Shown piece after piece: positions 10,417 to 21,041 of a stretch of 64,000 bases of DNA (position 1 is the first letter of the stretch; every line of letters begins with the position of its first letter). The stretch is from Gallionellaceae bacterium (lineage in GTDB: Bacteria > Pseudomonadota > Gammaproteobacteria > Burkholderiales > Gallionellaceae). A program made the position numbers and the translations under genes. The stretch is from assembly GCA_043755195.1 (NCBI GenBank), contig JAYUTK010000001.1:2875-66874 (forward strand), in the 5' to 3' direction. Below the pieces are notes generated by a model, which saw only the letters and a program-made list of their open reading frames with translations, was not told where the DNA came from and did not search any database.

Positions 10417-11340
10417 TTAAAATTGCAACAGCGGGTCTATGCCTGCATAAAGATGTGCCACCTCTTCGGCATAGCCATTAAAGGGCAATGTTGGGCGCTT
10501 GCGTAACTCACCGATGCGATTCTCGCGTTTCTGTATCCAGCGCGGGTGCGGCACTTCTGGATTAACATTGCCATAAAACCCATACTCGGCAGGAGCAATT
10601 TTATTCCAGCTGGTTTGCGGCTGCTCACGCAAAAAACGAATATGGGTAATGGCCTTGGCGCTCTTGAAGCCATATTTCCACGGCAACACAATACGCAACG
10701 GTGCGCCGTTCTGCTTGGGCAGGGTGTTACCGTACAGCCCGGTTGCGACAAAAGCCAGCGGGTGCATGGCTTCATCCAGGCGCAGCCCTTCTCGATAAGG
10801 CCATTCCAAACTGCCGCCACGCTGACCTATCATTTCTTTGGAACGATGCAGACTAACAAACTCCACATATTTAGCTTGTGCTGTCGGGCGCGCCATTTCT
10901 ATCAAATGGCATAAGGGAAATCCGTTCCAGGGAATGACCATGCTCCAGCCTTCGACACAGCGCAAACGATAAATACGCTCCTCTGAAGGAAATTTTTTCA
11001 GAATGTCTTCTATGCCTATCGTAATCGGTTTGGCGACTTCACCTTCTATCACTACGTTCCAAGGCGAGGTTGTCAACTCTTGCGCGAGTATGCGTACCGC
11101 TTCTTTGTTGGTGGAAAATTCGTAGTAATTATTATAGAAAGTAATTTCTTCAAGCGTGTTGGGTTTTTCACCGGCAGCTTTAAGCGTGTCGGGATTTTTA
11201 AGCAAGGCACAAGCCGGAAAGGCCTGACGATCTACCCAACCTGCCCCCAGCAAAGCGGCAGCAGAGGCAATAAAAAGACGCCGCCCCCGGTAAACTTCCG
11301 GGGGCGTCACGTCGTTTTCAGTCAGGTGCTTGCTCGCCAC
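10417..11340 (-). CDS. msrP: Methionine sulfoxide reductase molybdo-catalytic subunit (MsrP/YedY)
   Basis: Tat motif RRLFI, YNNYYEF, Mo-ligand Cys in RLRCVEGWSM, PWKYGFKSAKAI, NPEVPHPRW. Confidence 0.95.
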   Translation of the reverse strand: MASKHLTENDVTPPEVYRGRRLFIASAAALLGAGWVDRQAFPACALLKNPDTLKAAGEKPNTLEEITFYNNYYEFSTNKEAVRILAQELTTSPWNVVIEGEVAKPITIGIEDILKKFPSEERIYRLRCVEGWSMVIPWNGFPLCHLIEMARPTAQAKYVEFVSLHRSKEMIGQRGGSLEWPYREGLRLDEAMHPLAFVATGLYGNTLPKQNGAPLRIVLPWKYGFKSAKAITHIRFLREQPQTSWNKIAPAEYGFYGNVNPEVPHPRWIQKRENRIGELRKRPTLPFNGYAEEVAHLYAGIDPLLQF

Positions 11341-11349
11341 ACGCCTTCC

Positions 11350-12390
11350 TTAAGGTTTGGGAAGATCAGGCAGGCTGACGGCCTGAAAAGGAGAAGTGAG
11401 TGCATGCAGGAATGATACCAGTGAATCCTTTTCTGCTTGGGTCAATCCTAGCTCCTTAATGCTGGGGGACAAGTCAGTCTTGATTACCCCGCCTTTGTTG
11501 TAATGTTCGACTACCTCCGTTAACGTATGGGCGGCACCATCGTGGAAATAGGGCGCATTGGTGTTGATGTCACGTAATGTTGGGGTCTTGAATGCGCCGC
11601 GCATGGATTTAACCGGCTTTTGCGCGTAACGCCCCATATCTGGTTCAGGCGCGCCATATGAGGGTAAGCCTACATTGTGGAAACCATTATCGGTAAAGTT
11701 TGGGGCAGAGTGGCACTCGGAACAATGGGCTTTTCCAGCAAACAATTTGAAGCCATCTACTTGTTGTGGCGTCATGGCTTTGGCGTCCCCCTTTACCCAA
11801 CGATCAAAGGGGGAGTTGTTGGAAATGGCGGTGCGCTCGAAAGAAGCCATAGCTTTGGACAAGGTCGCTGCGCTGATGTCCTCACCAGGGTAAGCACGAG
11901 CAAACAACATCTTATATCCTGCATTACCATTCAGCCATTCGAACAGGCGCTTGATGTTCATGTTCATTTCAACAGTAGCTTCCATTGGCCCCATGGCTTG
12001 ATCTTCCAGCGACTTCTTACGCCCATCCCACATCTGTATGGTGTTATAGGCGGTATTGATAATGGTGGGTGAGGCGCGTCCCAGCACCATGCTCTTCACG
12101 CCCTTGGCCGTGGCCTGACCGTCTGACCAGCCCAAGCTAGGATTATGGCAATCGCTGCAACTCAGGTTGCCATCGCCGGAAAGACGTGGGTCGAAATAAA
12201 GCATCTTGCCCAGCGCAACGCGATCTGCGTTTGGTTCGTTATCCGCCGGGAAGGGCACCTTATCCGGTAATAACCACTCCTTAAGGCTGGCATGGCCAGG
12301 TTGAAAAGTGTATAAATTATCATCGGCTGCCTGAACATTAAGTGCTGCAATTACCAGTATGTAACTGATCATTATTTTCAGAATACTCAT
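11350..12390 (-). CDS. Diheme enzyme of the bCcP/MauG superfamily, MauG-like
   Basis: Two CxxCH (CSDCH, CSECH), MWDGR, FKTPTLR...PYFHDG...VVEHYN with Tyr at the heme-2 ligand position; signal peptide. Confidence 0.92.
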   Translation of the reverse strand: MSILKIMISYILVIAALNVQAADDNLYTFQPGHASLKEWLLPDKVPFPADNEPNADRVALGKMLYFDPRLSGDGNLSCSDCHNPSLGWSDGQATAKGVKSMVLGRASPTIINTAYNTIQMWDGRKKSLEDQAMGPMEATVEMNMNIKRLFEWLNGNAGYKMLFARAYPGEDISAATLSKAMASFERTAISNNSPFDRWVKGDAKAMTPQQVDGFKLFAGKAHCSECHSAPNFTDNGFHNVGLPSYGAPEPDMGRYAQKPVKSMRGAFKTPTLRDINTNAPYFHDGAAHTLTEVVEHYNKGGVIKTDLSPSIKELGLTQAEKDSLVSFLHALTSPFQAVSLPDLPKP

Positions 12391-12421
12391 CTTCTTCTCC
12401 TCTTAGATTGGTGGTTGGTGG

Positions 12422-13438
12422 TTAATTTTGTGGCGGACGCAAGGTGTTGATATACATAATGGCGGAATCAATCTGAATGTCGGATAGTGTGCCTCCCCAT
12501 GCCGGCATATTTTCAGAGCGGCCTACCGCTGCGCTTCCTTCAGTAATGATCGTTCTCATATACTCATTGGGCAGGCGACTTTTGGTGAGGTTGACTGGTT
12601 TGCTGGAGAGCGACTGTGCTAGCGCGCCATCACCCTGCCCCGTGTCGCCATGACAGGGAACACAATTATCCTTGAACACGGCAGCCCCTTCTTTTGCACT
12701 GGCTTTAGTCGAAAGGGGGGCAGAATCTTTCTGAACTGCTGGACGCAGAGTGTTCACGTAGAGAATAACCGAATCAATCTCTGCTTCTGTCAGCGCTCCG
12801 CCCCAAGTCGGCATTCTGGGCGAGCGGCCTACCGCATCACCACCCAAGGTAATGATGGTACGCAGATAGCTGTCTGGCGCGCGACTTTGGGTCAGGTTGA
12901 CTGGCTTGGGGTTCAAACGGGAAGCCATACGCCCGTCACCCATCGCCTCCATGCCGTGGCACAACGAGCAACGGCTTAGAAAAACAGTCCGTCCGATTTT
13001 GGCCGATGGCTTGGTTTCCTTTGCAGCACTCCATGCAATTTTGAGCGCGCCCTCGGTGTCCTTACGCAAAAATGAAACAAACATGGTCACCGAATCCATC
13101 TGGGTAACGGTAAGCTCATCGCCCCACGGTGGCATCATCGGGCTAATGTCGGCAAAGTGCGAGCCTTCTGTAATAGCACGGCGCAATGATTCATCATCAA
13201 AAGTAACCCGCGGCTCCAACAGATTAGTGGCAGGGTGTTCTTTCACCGATAGCGCCAGTGCGCCCTCGCCCATGCCATCGCTACCGTGGCACAGCGAGCA
13301 CCGTTCCTGAAATATAGCGGCACCATAGCCCATACAAGGCATCGCTTCTACGCCGCAATACTCCACCGAATCGGCCGACCCCTGCAACGGCAACGCGAGA
13401 AGTAATATACTTGAGAACCACCTACGGGCGTTCATCAA
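12422..13438 (-). CDS. Periplasmic triheme cytochrome c (three class-I domains)
   Basis: CSLCH, CSLCH, CVPCH, each followed by MP(P/T/A)WG Met ligand; signal peptide. Confidence 0.9.
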   Translation of the reverse strand: MMNARRWFSSILLLALPLQGSADSVEYCGVEAMPCMGYGAAIFQERCSLCHGSDGMGEGALALSVKEHPATNLLEPRVTFDDESLRRAITEGSHFADISPMMPPWGDELTVTQMDSVTMFVSFLRKDTEGALKIAWSAAKETKPSAKIGRTVFLSRCSLCHGMEAMGDGRMASRLNPKPVNLTQSRAPDSYLRTIITLGGDAVGRSPRMPTWGGALTEAEIDSVILYVNTLRPAVQKDSAPLSTKASAKEGAAVFKDNCVPCHGDTGQGDGALAQSLSSKPVNLTKSRLPNEYMRTIITEGSAAVGRSENMPAWGGTLSDIQIDSAIMYINTLRPPQN

Positions 13439-13756
13439 TTATTCCACCTGAACAGTTAACTGCATGGAGGGATGGATGGCGCACTCTATATCAATTTGCC
13501 CCGCCGTATCGAACACAATACTTTTTGATTCGCCATTGCCGTAGGAACCCAAGTCAAATGTCTTGCTCGCCGACAGACTAAAAATATTATGGAAGAAAGG
13601 GTCGGCATTGGTAAACTTTACCGAATCACCTTTTTTTAACTTAAGCTCCTTCACCGAAAATGTTTTGTTCTTTTGTATCAATTCAACTTCTGCTCCGACC
13701 GCATGCAACGATGCCAGCATGGCGACAGAGGCAGTGATAAAGGCGATACGTTTCAT
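13439..13756 (-). CDS. Amicyanin-like cupredoxin
   Basis: Signal peptide; type-1 Cu ligands HNIF ... CAIHPSM (C-x2-H-x2-M loop). Confidence 0.88.
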   Translation of the reverse strand: MKRIAFITASVAMLASLHAVGAEVELIQKNKTFSVKELKLKKGDSVKFTNADPFFHNIFSLSASKTFDLGSYGNGESKSIVFDTAGQIDIECAIHPSMQLTVQVE

Positions 13757-13785
13757 TTTTGCTCTCCTTATAGTGGGTTAAACAT

Positions 13786-15420
13786 TTAATATTTAAAATT
13801 CTTCATTGCTGAGACAAGCTCCTTTGCCGCCTTGTCTAGACTCTGAGATTCCCCGCCCAAGCGCGTTGCCTGATTGCGATTATCGCTGGCCAAGGTGGCG
13901 AGGTGGCTTGCTTCGCCAGCAATACTGGAAGTCGCTTTTTCCTGTTCGCTGACCAGGCTGACAATATCACGCATGGATTGACTAATGGCTTGGATGCGCT
14001 CGTTACTGACCTGAGTTTGATTGACGGCACCGCTCAATTGTTTAATGTTGCTTTCGGTCTTTTCAAGTACGTGATCTATGGCCGCCACCGTATCATTGAC
14101 GCTCTTGTCAATATTGACTACCAGCATGGATATTTCGTTAACGGCTGTACCAGTATTGCCTGCAAGTTTACGCACCTCGTCTGCCACCACAGCGAAACCG
14201 CGCCCTTGCTCGCCCGCCCGCGCCGCTTCAATGGCAGCATTCAATGCCAGCAAATTGGTCTGATCGGCAATGCCTTTAATAGTCTTGGTAATAGATTGAA
14301 TCTGGCCGGCCAAACTGGATAGTTCCCGGCTTTTTTCTGCGGTGCTTCGCATTTCTGTTTGGAAAGTCTGAAAGCTCTCTACCGTTTGCAGCAGCTCTTC
14401 ACTGGCTACCTGAGCAACGCTGGACGCGGCCGTTGCATTATCACCAGCCACACCCAGCAACTTGAATGCGTTAGATGAAGCATTGCTGAGCGAACCCGTT
14501 TGCGAATAGATCGAACCCGAACTTTCGTCCAAGCGCCCTGCTGCAGCACCCGCTCCCAACGCGCCTTCGGCAATAGCACTGGAATTATTAGAAACATCGC
14601 TTGCTGCATTCGCCACGCTTTGCACGATATTACGCAAGTTGCCGACGGTGAGGTTAATCGCTGTCTGAATTCTACCAATTTCATCCCGGCTGGCATTTTT
14701 CACATCTAAGGTAACAGTCAGGTCACCATTGGCTAACGCGACCATCGCACCTTCAATTTTACCCATGGCTCGACTCATGGAACGCGCCCATAACCATGCC
14801 ATTAACATACCTAAACCTGCGCCGAGAATACAGATCACGCCAAGAAACATCATTTGCTTCTTTGATTCCAGTTTGACGCGAGCCATTTCCGATAGCGCCA
14901 GTTCTTGGCTATGCTGAGTTACGCTCTGCGCCAAATCAGCAATGGTTTTAAATTCACTCGCAGCAACAGAATATAATTGCAGAGCACGTTCATCTTCATT
15001 GGCACGCCCTACACTGACGATTTCCAACTGCTTGGGGCGCAGTGCGGCCATCTTTTCCGCCAGTGATGTAACGTCACTATCATTTTCAAATACCTCTTTT
15101 AATGTGGCTAGGTGTTCGTCTATGCTGGCACCCGCACGTATCGAAGCAATAGCAGCAGCACGAATAGCCCCGGATTCATCAGCCGCAATCAGGGCTTGAA
15201 TATTACGATCCATTTCCACAATGCCGCGCTGTGTCGTGGTGGCGGATTCCACGCGGTGAGTGGCTTGGGTAGCAGCTTGCTCAGCCACACCGCTTTGATG
15301 CAGCATGATAAAAACGCTCAGCGCCAATATCAAGCTCATCACCGCAACCATCCCGCCAAACATGCTTAATATTTTGGTGCGCAAACGCATGTTGGAACAC
15401 ATGGACAAAATATTCTTCAT
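13786..15420 (-). CDS. Methyl-accepting chemotaxis protein (2 TM, periplasmic helical sensor, HAMP)
   Basis: [37 protein letters not shown] signalling hairpin; two hydrophobic helices. Confidence 0.96.
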   Translation of the reverse strand: MKNILSMCSNMRLRTKILSMFGGMVAVMSLILALSVFIMLHQSGVAEQAATQATHRVESATTTQRGIVEMDRNIQALIAADESGAIRAAAIASIRAGASIDEHLATLKEVFENDSDVTSLAEKMAALRPKQLEIVSVGRANEDERALQLYSVAASEFKTIADLAQSVTQHSQELALSEMARVKLESKKQMMFLGVICILGAGLGMLMAWLWARSMSRAMGKIEGAMVALANGDLTVTLDVKNASRDEIGRIQTAINLTVGNLRNIVQSVANAASDVSNNSSAIAEGALGAGAAAGRLDESSGSIYSQTGSLSNASSNAFKLLGVAGDNATAASSVAQVASEELLQTVESFQTFQTEMRSTAEKSRELSSLAGQIQSITKTIKGIADQTNLLALNAAIEAARAGEQGRGFAVVADEVRKLAGNTGTAVNEISMLVVNIDKSVNDTVAAIDHVLEKTESNIKQLSGAVNQTQVSNERIQAISQSMRDIVSLVSEQEKATSSIAGEASHLATLASDNRNQATRLGGESQSLDKAAKELVSAMKNFKY

Positions 15421-15649
15421 AATTTACCTTTTTACGCTCCCCAGTCGTTCAAAGAAGCTCAATGAACCACATCATCGTATCTATGCAATCCAGGTCAAAT
15501 TTATTGTTAGTTTCAAACGTGATGACCAAGCGCAAGAGGCAGAGGCCTTAATGAGGTTAACGGCAAGAAGAAGGTAAACTTTAACAAAATAATCTATCAG
15601 GAATAGGTCTGGCTTAACCGAATGACACAACCAAACAACCCCCAATGAA

Positions 15650-15675
15650 AAACGGACACCCGAAGGTGTCCGTTT
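15650..15675 (-). terminator. Rho-independent terminator of the porin gene
   Basis: On the minus strand aaacggacacc-ttcg-ggtgtccgttt followed by Ts. Confidence 0.85.
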
Positions 15676-15712
15676 CCATGTTCCATTGTTCACCCCCTGT
15701 CGGGGGCAACGA

Positions 15713-16807
15713 TTAGAACGAGTGCTTCAGGCCGAACGACAAGACGGTCGGTGAATCACCATTATCAACATTTTCATCCGCTTGGGAGTACAAAGCATAC
15801 ACTGTGGTATTTTTGCTCATGCTGTGGTCATAACCGATCGAAATTTGTGTGTTGCCGTCATCAGTAATAGCATCTTTGGTATCACCCACTGTGGTGTAAG
15901 CCAGCTTGACCGCATTGCTGCTGTCGAGGTTGTACTTACCGGCCAGATAGATGTTGGTGTTTTCAGCTTCACCACCGGCTGCCTTATAGCTCAGCATTTC
16001 ATACACCAGATTCAGCGCAATCGCATCCATGGTGTAGCCTACGCCCAGCTTGGTGGCGCTGGCTTTGTCGCCAACTGCTGCGGCGGCAACCAATTTGCCA
16101 AACAATTTTCCATCCGCAGCCAAATCACCAGAGCCATTATCACCCGCTTTGGCATTTTGAATGGCCAAAGTCGCATAGATGTTATCCATGGTGTACATCG
16201 CAGCCAAAGAGGTAGCCGAACCCTTAGCGTCACCATTAGCAGCCGTCTCAGCGCCGAACACGGTGGCAACCGCTACCGACAAGCCACCCATATCCGGGCT
16301 TCTGTAGTTGAGCGTGTTGGAGGCACGCGCATCATGGCCAAAACCCATTCCTTTAAGGCCCAAGCCACCGCGATTGTCGGCAGCGGTCGTAGCAAATACG
16401 TCCAGACCGCGAGTTGCCGACTTGTACGGTGAGTCGTAATTACCCACTAACACGGTACCCATGCTGTCGCTTTTCAGACCGATGAAGGTGTTGCGTGTAG
16501 CCAGCCCGTTATTCGTGTCATCAACACCATCACTGTCTGTATCAATGCCGCTATCATCAGCAGAAATCTCGCTTTCAATTTGCCAGATCGCGGACATACC
16601 GCCACCCAAATCTTCCGCACCCTTGAAGCCCAGGTTCGACTCATTGCTGGTCAGTTCATTGGTTTTGGCAGCACCAACGGCAACGCCATCGTCGGCTCTG
16701 TCAAAGGACACATGCATTTTGCCATAGATGGTTGTTTCGGCCATGGCAACTGGGGCTACAAAAGCACCGGCTACTGCTAAAGCAATCAGACTTTTTTTCA
16801 TGTTCAT
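15713..16807 (-). CDS. Outer-membrane porin (betaproteobacterial general porin type)
   Basis: Signal peptide, TTIYGKMHVS, LGFKGAEDLGGG, AIWQIE, C-terminal GLKHSF. Confidence 0.95.
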   Translation of the reverse strand: MNMKKSLIALAVAGAFVAPVAMAETTIYGKMHVSFDRADDGVAVGAAKTNELTSNESNLGFKGAEDLGGGMSAIWQIESEISADDSGIDTDSDGVDDTNNGLATRNTFIGLKSDSMGTVLVGNYDSPYKSATRGLDVFATTAADNRGGLGLKGMGFGHDARASNTLNYRSPDMGGLSVAVATVFGAETAANGDAKGSATSLAAMYTMDNIYATLAIQNAKAGDNGSGDLAADGKLFGKLVAAAAVGDKASATKLGVGYTMDAIALNLVYEMLSYKAAGGEAENTNIYLAGKYNLDSSNAVKLAYTTVGDTKDAITDDGNTQISIGYDHSMSKNTTVYALYSQADENVDNGDSPTVLSFGLKHSF

Positions 16808-16916
16808 GCAGTTTCTCCTAAAATTAAAATATGGTCTTCACTGGAAAACCCCTCAAACAGTACCGCTTGAGAAGCAGGGCGCATTCTGTCAGTTGGCTTG
16901 GTAGCAAAGCAAGAGG

Positions 16917-16938
16917 GGTGTTGTATTTTTGCAACACC
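16917..16938. promoter_or_regulatory. Palindromic site upstream of the porin
   Basis: GGTGTTG-N8-CAACACC about 110 bp upstream of the start codon. Confidence 0.5.
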
Positions 16939-16986
16939 AGCATCCCCCTGTGCCAAAGTTTAGGATGCATCTAATAATTCAATTTG

Positions 16987-17154
16987 GTCATTCCGGCGCA
17001 GGCAGGAATCCAGTCATAAAAAATGCACCGCGAAGCGGACAAAACTAATAGGCATCTCTAAAAATTCGTCATTCCGGCCTGGCCGAAGGCCAGTTTATCC
17101 TGAGCCGGTCGAAGGGCCGGAATGACGCAATTTTTGCTAATGAACTATCTGGGT
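16987..17154. repeat. Composite of GTCATTCC-type REP hairpins and two different MITE ends
   Basis: gtcattccggcgcaggcaggaatcc; ggcatctctaaaaattc (17051); gtcattccggc...ccggaatgac (17068-17126); gctaatgaactatctgggt abutting the coq7 stop. Confidence 0.7.
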
Positions 17155-17781
17155 TCAAAGCCAATACGAAGTGCGCGTCATCACCCCAGAAGCCATTTTC
17201 ATCAGTTGTTTCACTGGCAGCGGCAGTTCCGCACCGCCTAACTCTGTTGCCATTTGCGCGTGCTGGGTTTCATCCACGACCATCTGGCTCACTACTGCCC
17301 GGCTTTTTTCATCCTGTAGCGGCAAGCGCGCCAGATGGCTTTGTAGGTGTTGCCCCACTTGCCGTTCTGTTTCCGCCAAAAAACCGAGATTCCATTTGTC
17401 GCCCAGCAATCCGGCCAGCGCGCCGATGGCCAGTGAGCTGCCGTACCACAGTGGATTGAGCGCGCTTAGGTGGCCGCCCAAATCGGCTACTCGGTGTGCG
17501 GTCCAGGCAAGATGATCAGTCTCCTCTTGCGCGGCCAAATGCAAGCGATCTTGCACCGCTGGGTCGCGTGCAGTCAGGGCCTGGCCTTGATACAACGCTT
17601 GTGCGCAAACTTCGCCGCTGTGATTAACCCGCATCAGCGCAGCCGCAAGTTTTTTCTCCGACTCGCTCAACACGGCATCGGGCAGACCGGCATCCGGCAA
17701 AGGTCGGTTGCTGTGTGCCTTACCCAGCAGGGTACGCAGGCCTCGGTCAAATTCGATAATTAATTTATCTGGAGTTAGCAT
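17155..17781 (-). CDS. coq7: Demethoxyubiquinone hydroxylase (Coq7)
   Basis: [42 protein letters not shown] diiron motifs. Confidence 0.95.
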   Translation of the reverse strand: MLTPDKLIIEFDRGLRTLLGKAHSNRPLPDAGLPDAVLSESEKKLAAALMRVNHSGEVCAQALYQGQALTARDPAVQDRLHLAAQEETDHLAWTAHRVADLGGHLSALNPLWYGSSLAIGALAGLLGDKWNLGFLAETERQVGQHLQSHLARLPLQDEKSRAVVSQMVVDETQHAQMATELGGAELPLPVKQLMKMASGVMTRTSYWL

Positions 17782-17795
17782 AAAATTTCTTGGTA

Positions 17796-18530
17796 TTAAA
17801 ATTTATATCCGCGATGCACCGCGACCACGCCACCGGTCAGATTAAAATATTCAACTCGCTCCAATCCTGCATCAATCATCATAGTCTTGAGCTCTTCCTG
17901 CCCTGGGTGCATGCGGATGGATTCTGCCAGGTAGCGATAACTGTCTGCATCTTTGGCAATGAGTTGTCCGATTTTTGGCAGCAGTTTGAATGAATAGGTG
18001 TCGTATATCTTTTCCAGAGGCTTAGCTACTTTGGAAAATTCCAGCACGATCAATCGCCCACCCGGCTTGAGTACGCGCTGCATTTCGCGTAACGCGGCCT
18101 CTTTGTGCGTGACGTTACGCAGGCCGAAGGCAATGCTGACGCAATCAAAATAATTGTTTGGAAAAGGGAGGTGTTCGGCATCGCATTGTGTGACTGGCGT
18201 AGCAATGCCTGCGTCCAGCAAACGGTCACGCCCGACGCGCAGCATGGCGTTGTTGATGTCGGTCAGAATGACTTGGCCGCTGCTGCCCACTTTTTTCAGA
18301 AACAGCTTGGACAAATCGGCAGAGCCGCCCGCTACGTCCAGCACACGCTGTCCCTCGCGTACCCCGCTAACGCTGACTGCAAAGCGCTTCCACAGGCGAT
18401 GCAGCCCTGCCGACATGAGGTCGTTCATCACATCATATTTACCGGCGACCGAGGTGAACACGCCCGCGACGCGCTTGGCTTTTTCGTCTTCAGAAACGGT
18501 ATCAAAACCGAAATGGGTGGTTTGTTTCAT
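17796..18530 (-). CDS. ubiE: Ubiquinone/menaquinone C-methyltransferase
   Basis: [47 protein letters not shown]. Confidence 0.98.
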   Translation of the reverse strand: MKQTTHFGFDTVSEDEKAKRVAGVFTSVAGKYDVMNDLMSAGLHRLWKRFAVSVSGVREGQRVLDVAGGSADLSKLFLKKVGSSGQVILTDINNAMLRVGRDRLLDAGIATPVTQCDAEHLPFPNNYFDCVSIAFGLRNVTHKEAALREMQRVLKPGGRLIVLEFSKVAKPLEKIYDTYSFKLLPKIGQLIAKDADSYRYLAESIRMHPGQEELKTMMIDAGLERVEYFNLTGGVVAVHRGYKF

Positions 18531-18582
18531 GGCAATATTTTACAGGCTTAATTGTCCAGGTTTAATTGTCCAGGCTTAATTA

Positions 18583-18981
18583 TTAAGTGTGGCACCCTTT
18601 CTTGAACGATGTTTGTGGATCATCATGCTGCGGTTCGCGACTCTCGCCTGCCTCTTCCAGTTGGTGCAAATAATCTTGCCACAATTCTTCTTGATGTTTA
18701 CCCAAACCGTGTAAATATTCCCAAGTGTAAAGACCCGTAGCGTGGGTGTCATCAAAGATTAGCCTGAGCGCGTAGTGGCCGACTGGCTCTACTTCGAGCA
18801 GCACGACATTTTTCTTGCCTATTTGCAATACCTCTTGCCCCGGCCCGTGCCCGCGCACTTCGGCGGAAGGCGAATGTATGCGCAGGAACTCAAAGGGTAG
18901 CGAGTAATTTTCGCCATCATCAAAAGCAATTTCGAGTTGCCGTGATTGTTTGTGTAGGGTGATTCCGGTTGGGATGGGCAT
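18583..18981 (-). CDS. DUF971 / gamma-butyrobetaine hydroxylase N-terminal-like protein
   Basis: EFLRIHSPSAEVRGHG...VGHYALRLIFDDTHATGLYTWEYL. Confidence 0.9.
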   Translation of the reverse strand: MPIPTGITLHKQSRQLEIAFDDGENYSLPFEFLRIHSPSAEVRGHGPGQEVLQIGKKNVVLLEVEPVGHYALRLIFDDTHATGLYTWEYLHGLGKHQEELWQDYLHQLEEAGESREPQHDDPQTSFKKGCHT

Positions 18982-18987
18982 GGGGAA

Positions 18988-19461
18988 TTAGAGAGCGCGA
19001 ATTTTGTTCAATAAAGCGGTGGTTGACCGCTGATGTAAAAATGGAATGCTGTGCACCGTGCCGCCCCAGCCTTGAACCTCTTGGGCACCTACGATATTTT
19101 CTGGCTTCCAGTCGCCGCCTTTCACTAACACATTCGGGCGGCAAGCCAGTATCAGCGACAAAGGGGTGTCTTCGTCGAACTCCACCACCATATCCACCGC
19201 TTGCAGCGCGGCCAGCACCGCCATGCGGTCTGCCAATGAATTGAGTGGTCGGTCATCGCCCTTGCCCAGGCGCTTGACCGAGGCATCGCTGTTCACCCCC
19301 ACCACCAGCGCCGCGCCCAATGCGCGCGCTTGCGCCAGATAGGTGACGTGGCCGCGATGCAACACATCAAAGCAGCCGTTAGTAAAAATCAGCGGACGTT
19401 GCAAGCTGGAAATGCGCTGCTTTAGTTCGGCGCGCGGGCAAATTTTTTGCTCAAAATCCAT
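18988..19461 (-). CDS. rfaE2: D-glycero-beta-D-manno-heptose 1-phosphate adenylyltransferase (RfaE domain II)
   Basis: [38 protein letters not shown]. Confidence 0.95.
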   Translation of the reverse strand: MDFEQKICPRAELKQRISSLQRPLIFTNGCFDVLHRGHVTYLAQARALGAALVVGVNSDASVKRLGKGDDRPLNSLADRMAVLAALQAVDMVVEFDEDTPLSLILACRPNVLVKGGDWKPENIVGAQEVQGWGGTVHSIPFLHQRSTTALLNKIRAL

Positions 19462-19467
19462 GACGGG

Positions 19468-20033
19468 TTAATCTAAATATTCAAACAGGGTCACCACGCG
19501 ATCCACAGACTTTGAATTGCGGGCAATTTCGGTCGCGGCATCGGCTTCCTTGTGATAGACCAGCCCCATCAAAAATACGACATTGGCTTCGGTCACCACT
19601 TTCACATGGTCGGGCTGAAATATTTTATTGCTGAGGAAGCGCAGCTTGACGTTGCTGGTGATGAGGCTGTCATTGCTCCGTGCAGTGAAGTTGCTCAGGG
19701 CAGATACCACCAGCTCATTGCTGATGAGCTTTATGTTTGGTTCTGAATTAACCAGGTTTGCCACCCCTGCTTTGTCGGCCTCGCTGGGAACTTCACCGGT
19801 AAGGAGCACTTGCCGATTAAAGCTGGTGACATTCACATGTACGCTGTCTTTATATTGGTCATAAATCAGCTTGGCGGCACGGGATTCAATGCGGGTATCT
19901 TCGAGGTAGCTGCCCGAAGTGCGGCGATCCGACCCCATCAACACTCCAGCACCTGCACCCACGACAACAATGGGCACACAGCCTTGTAATGCAGCGCACA
20001 GGGCAACAAATGCTAACCAATAACAAGCGCGCA

Positions 20034-20034
<1 letters not shown>
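19468..20034 (-). CDS. dolP: Dual-BON lipoprotein (DolP/YraP)
   Basis: Lipobox LQGC, DRRTSG, VNVTSFNRQVLLTGEV; start 20034 overlaps the gmhA stop (TAATG). Confidence 0.88.
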
Positions 20035-20681
<647 letters not shown>

Positions 20682-20692
20682 TCAGCACCTCC

Positions 20693-21037
20693 TTAGTTGG
20701 TAAAAGCATTCTTAACCCATTCTGGAGTCGCGTTTTCCAAGGTGTCGAGTAACACTGCGTCAAAGCGGCAAGGCGGCGTATAAGCCAGTGTGCCCAAGTA
20801 ATGCTGGGCAGTGCGTATTAAGCGGCCTTGTTTGGCGGCATCAATACTGGCTGCGGCACCGCCAAAATTTTTGTGGTGGCGCAAGCGTACTTCGGCGAAT
20901 ACCAGCGTGTCCGCATCCTGCAAAATCAAATCAATTTCGCCATAGCGGCAACGGTAATTTTGGTGCAGTAGTTTTAGCCCGCGGCCTTGCAAAAATTGTG
21001 CTGCCAATTGTTCGGCCTGTGCACCGCGTGTGCTCAT
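20693..21037 (-). CDS. yraN: YraN (UPF0102) family protein
   Basis: GAQAEQLA, NYRCRYGEIDLI, FAEVRLR, CRFDAV. Confidence 0.93.
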   Translation of the reverse strand: MSTRGAQAEQLAAQFLQGRGLKLLHQNYRCRYGEIDLILQDADTLVFAEVRLRHHKNFGGAAASIDAAKQGRLIRTAQHYLGTLAYTPPCRFDAVLLDTLENATPEWVKNAFTN

Positions 21038-21041
21038 GGAC

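Noticed and set aside
11350-13756. Methylamine dehydrogenase (mau) cluster
   Set aside because: No MauA/MauB/MauD/MauE-like ORFs in the window; only MauG-like and amicyanin-like genes
11350-16807. Fe(II)-oxidation conduit (Cyc2 or MtoAB) from porin plus cytochromes
   Set aside because: The porin has no CxxCH and is a general porin, no decaheme protein is present, and a terminator separates the porin from the operon
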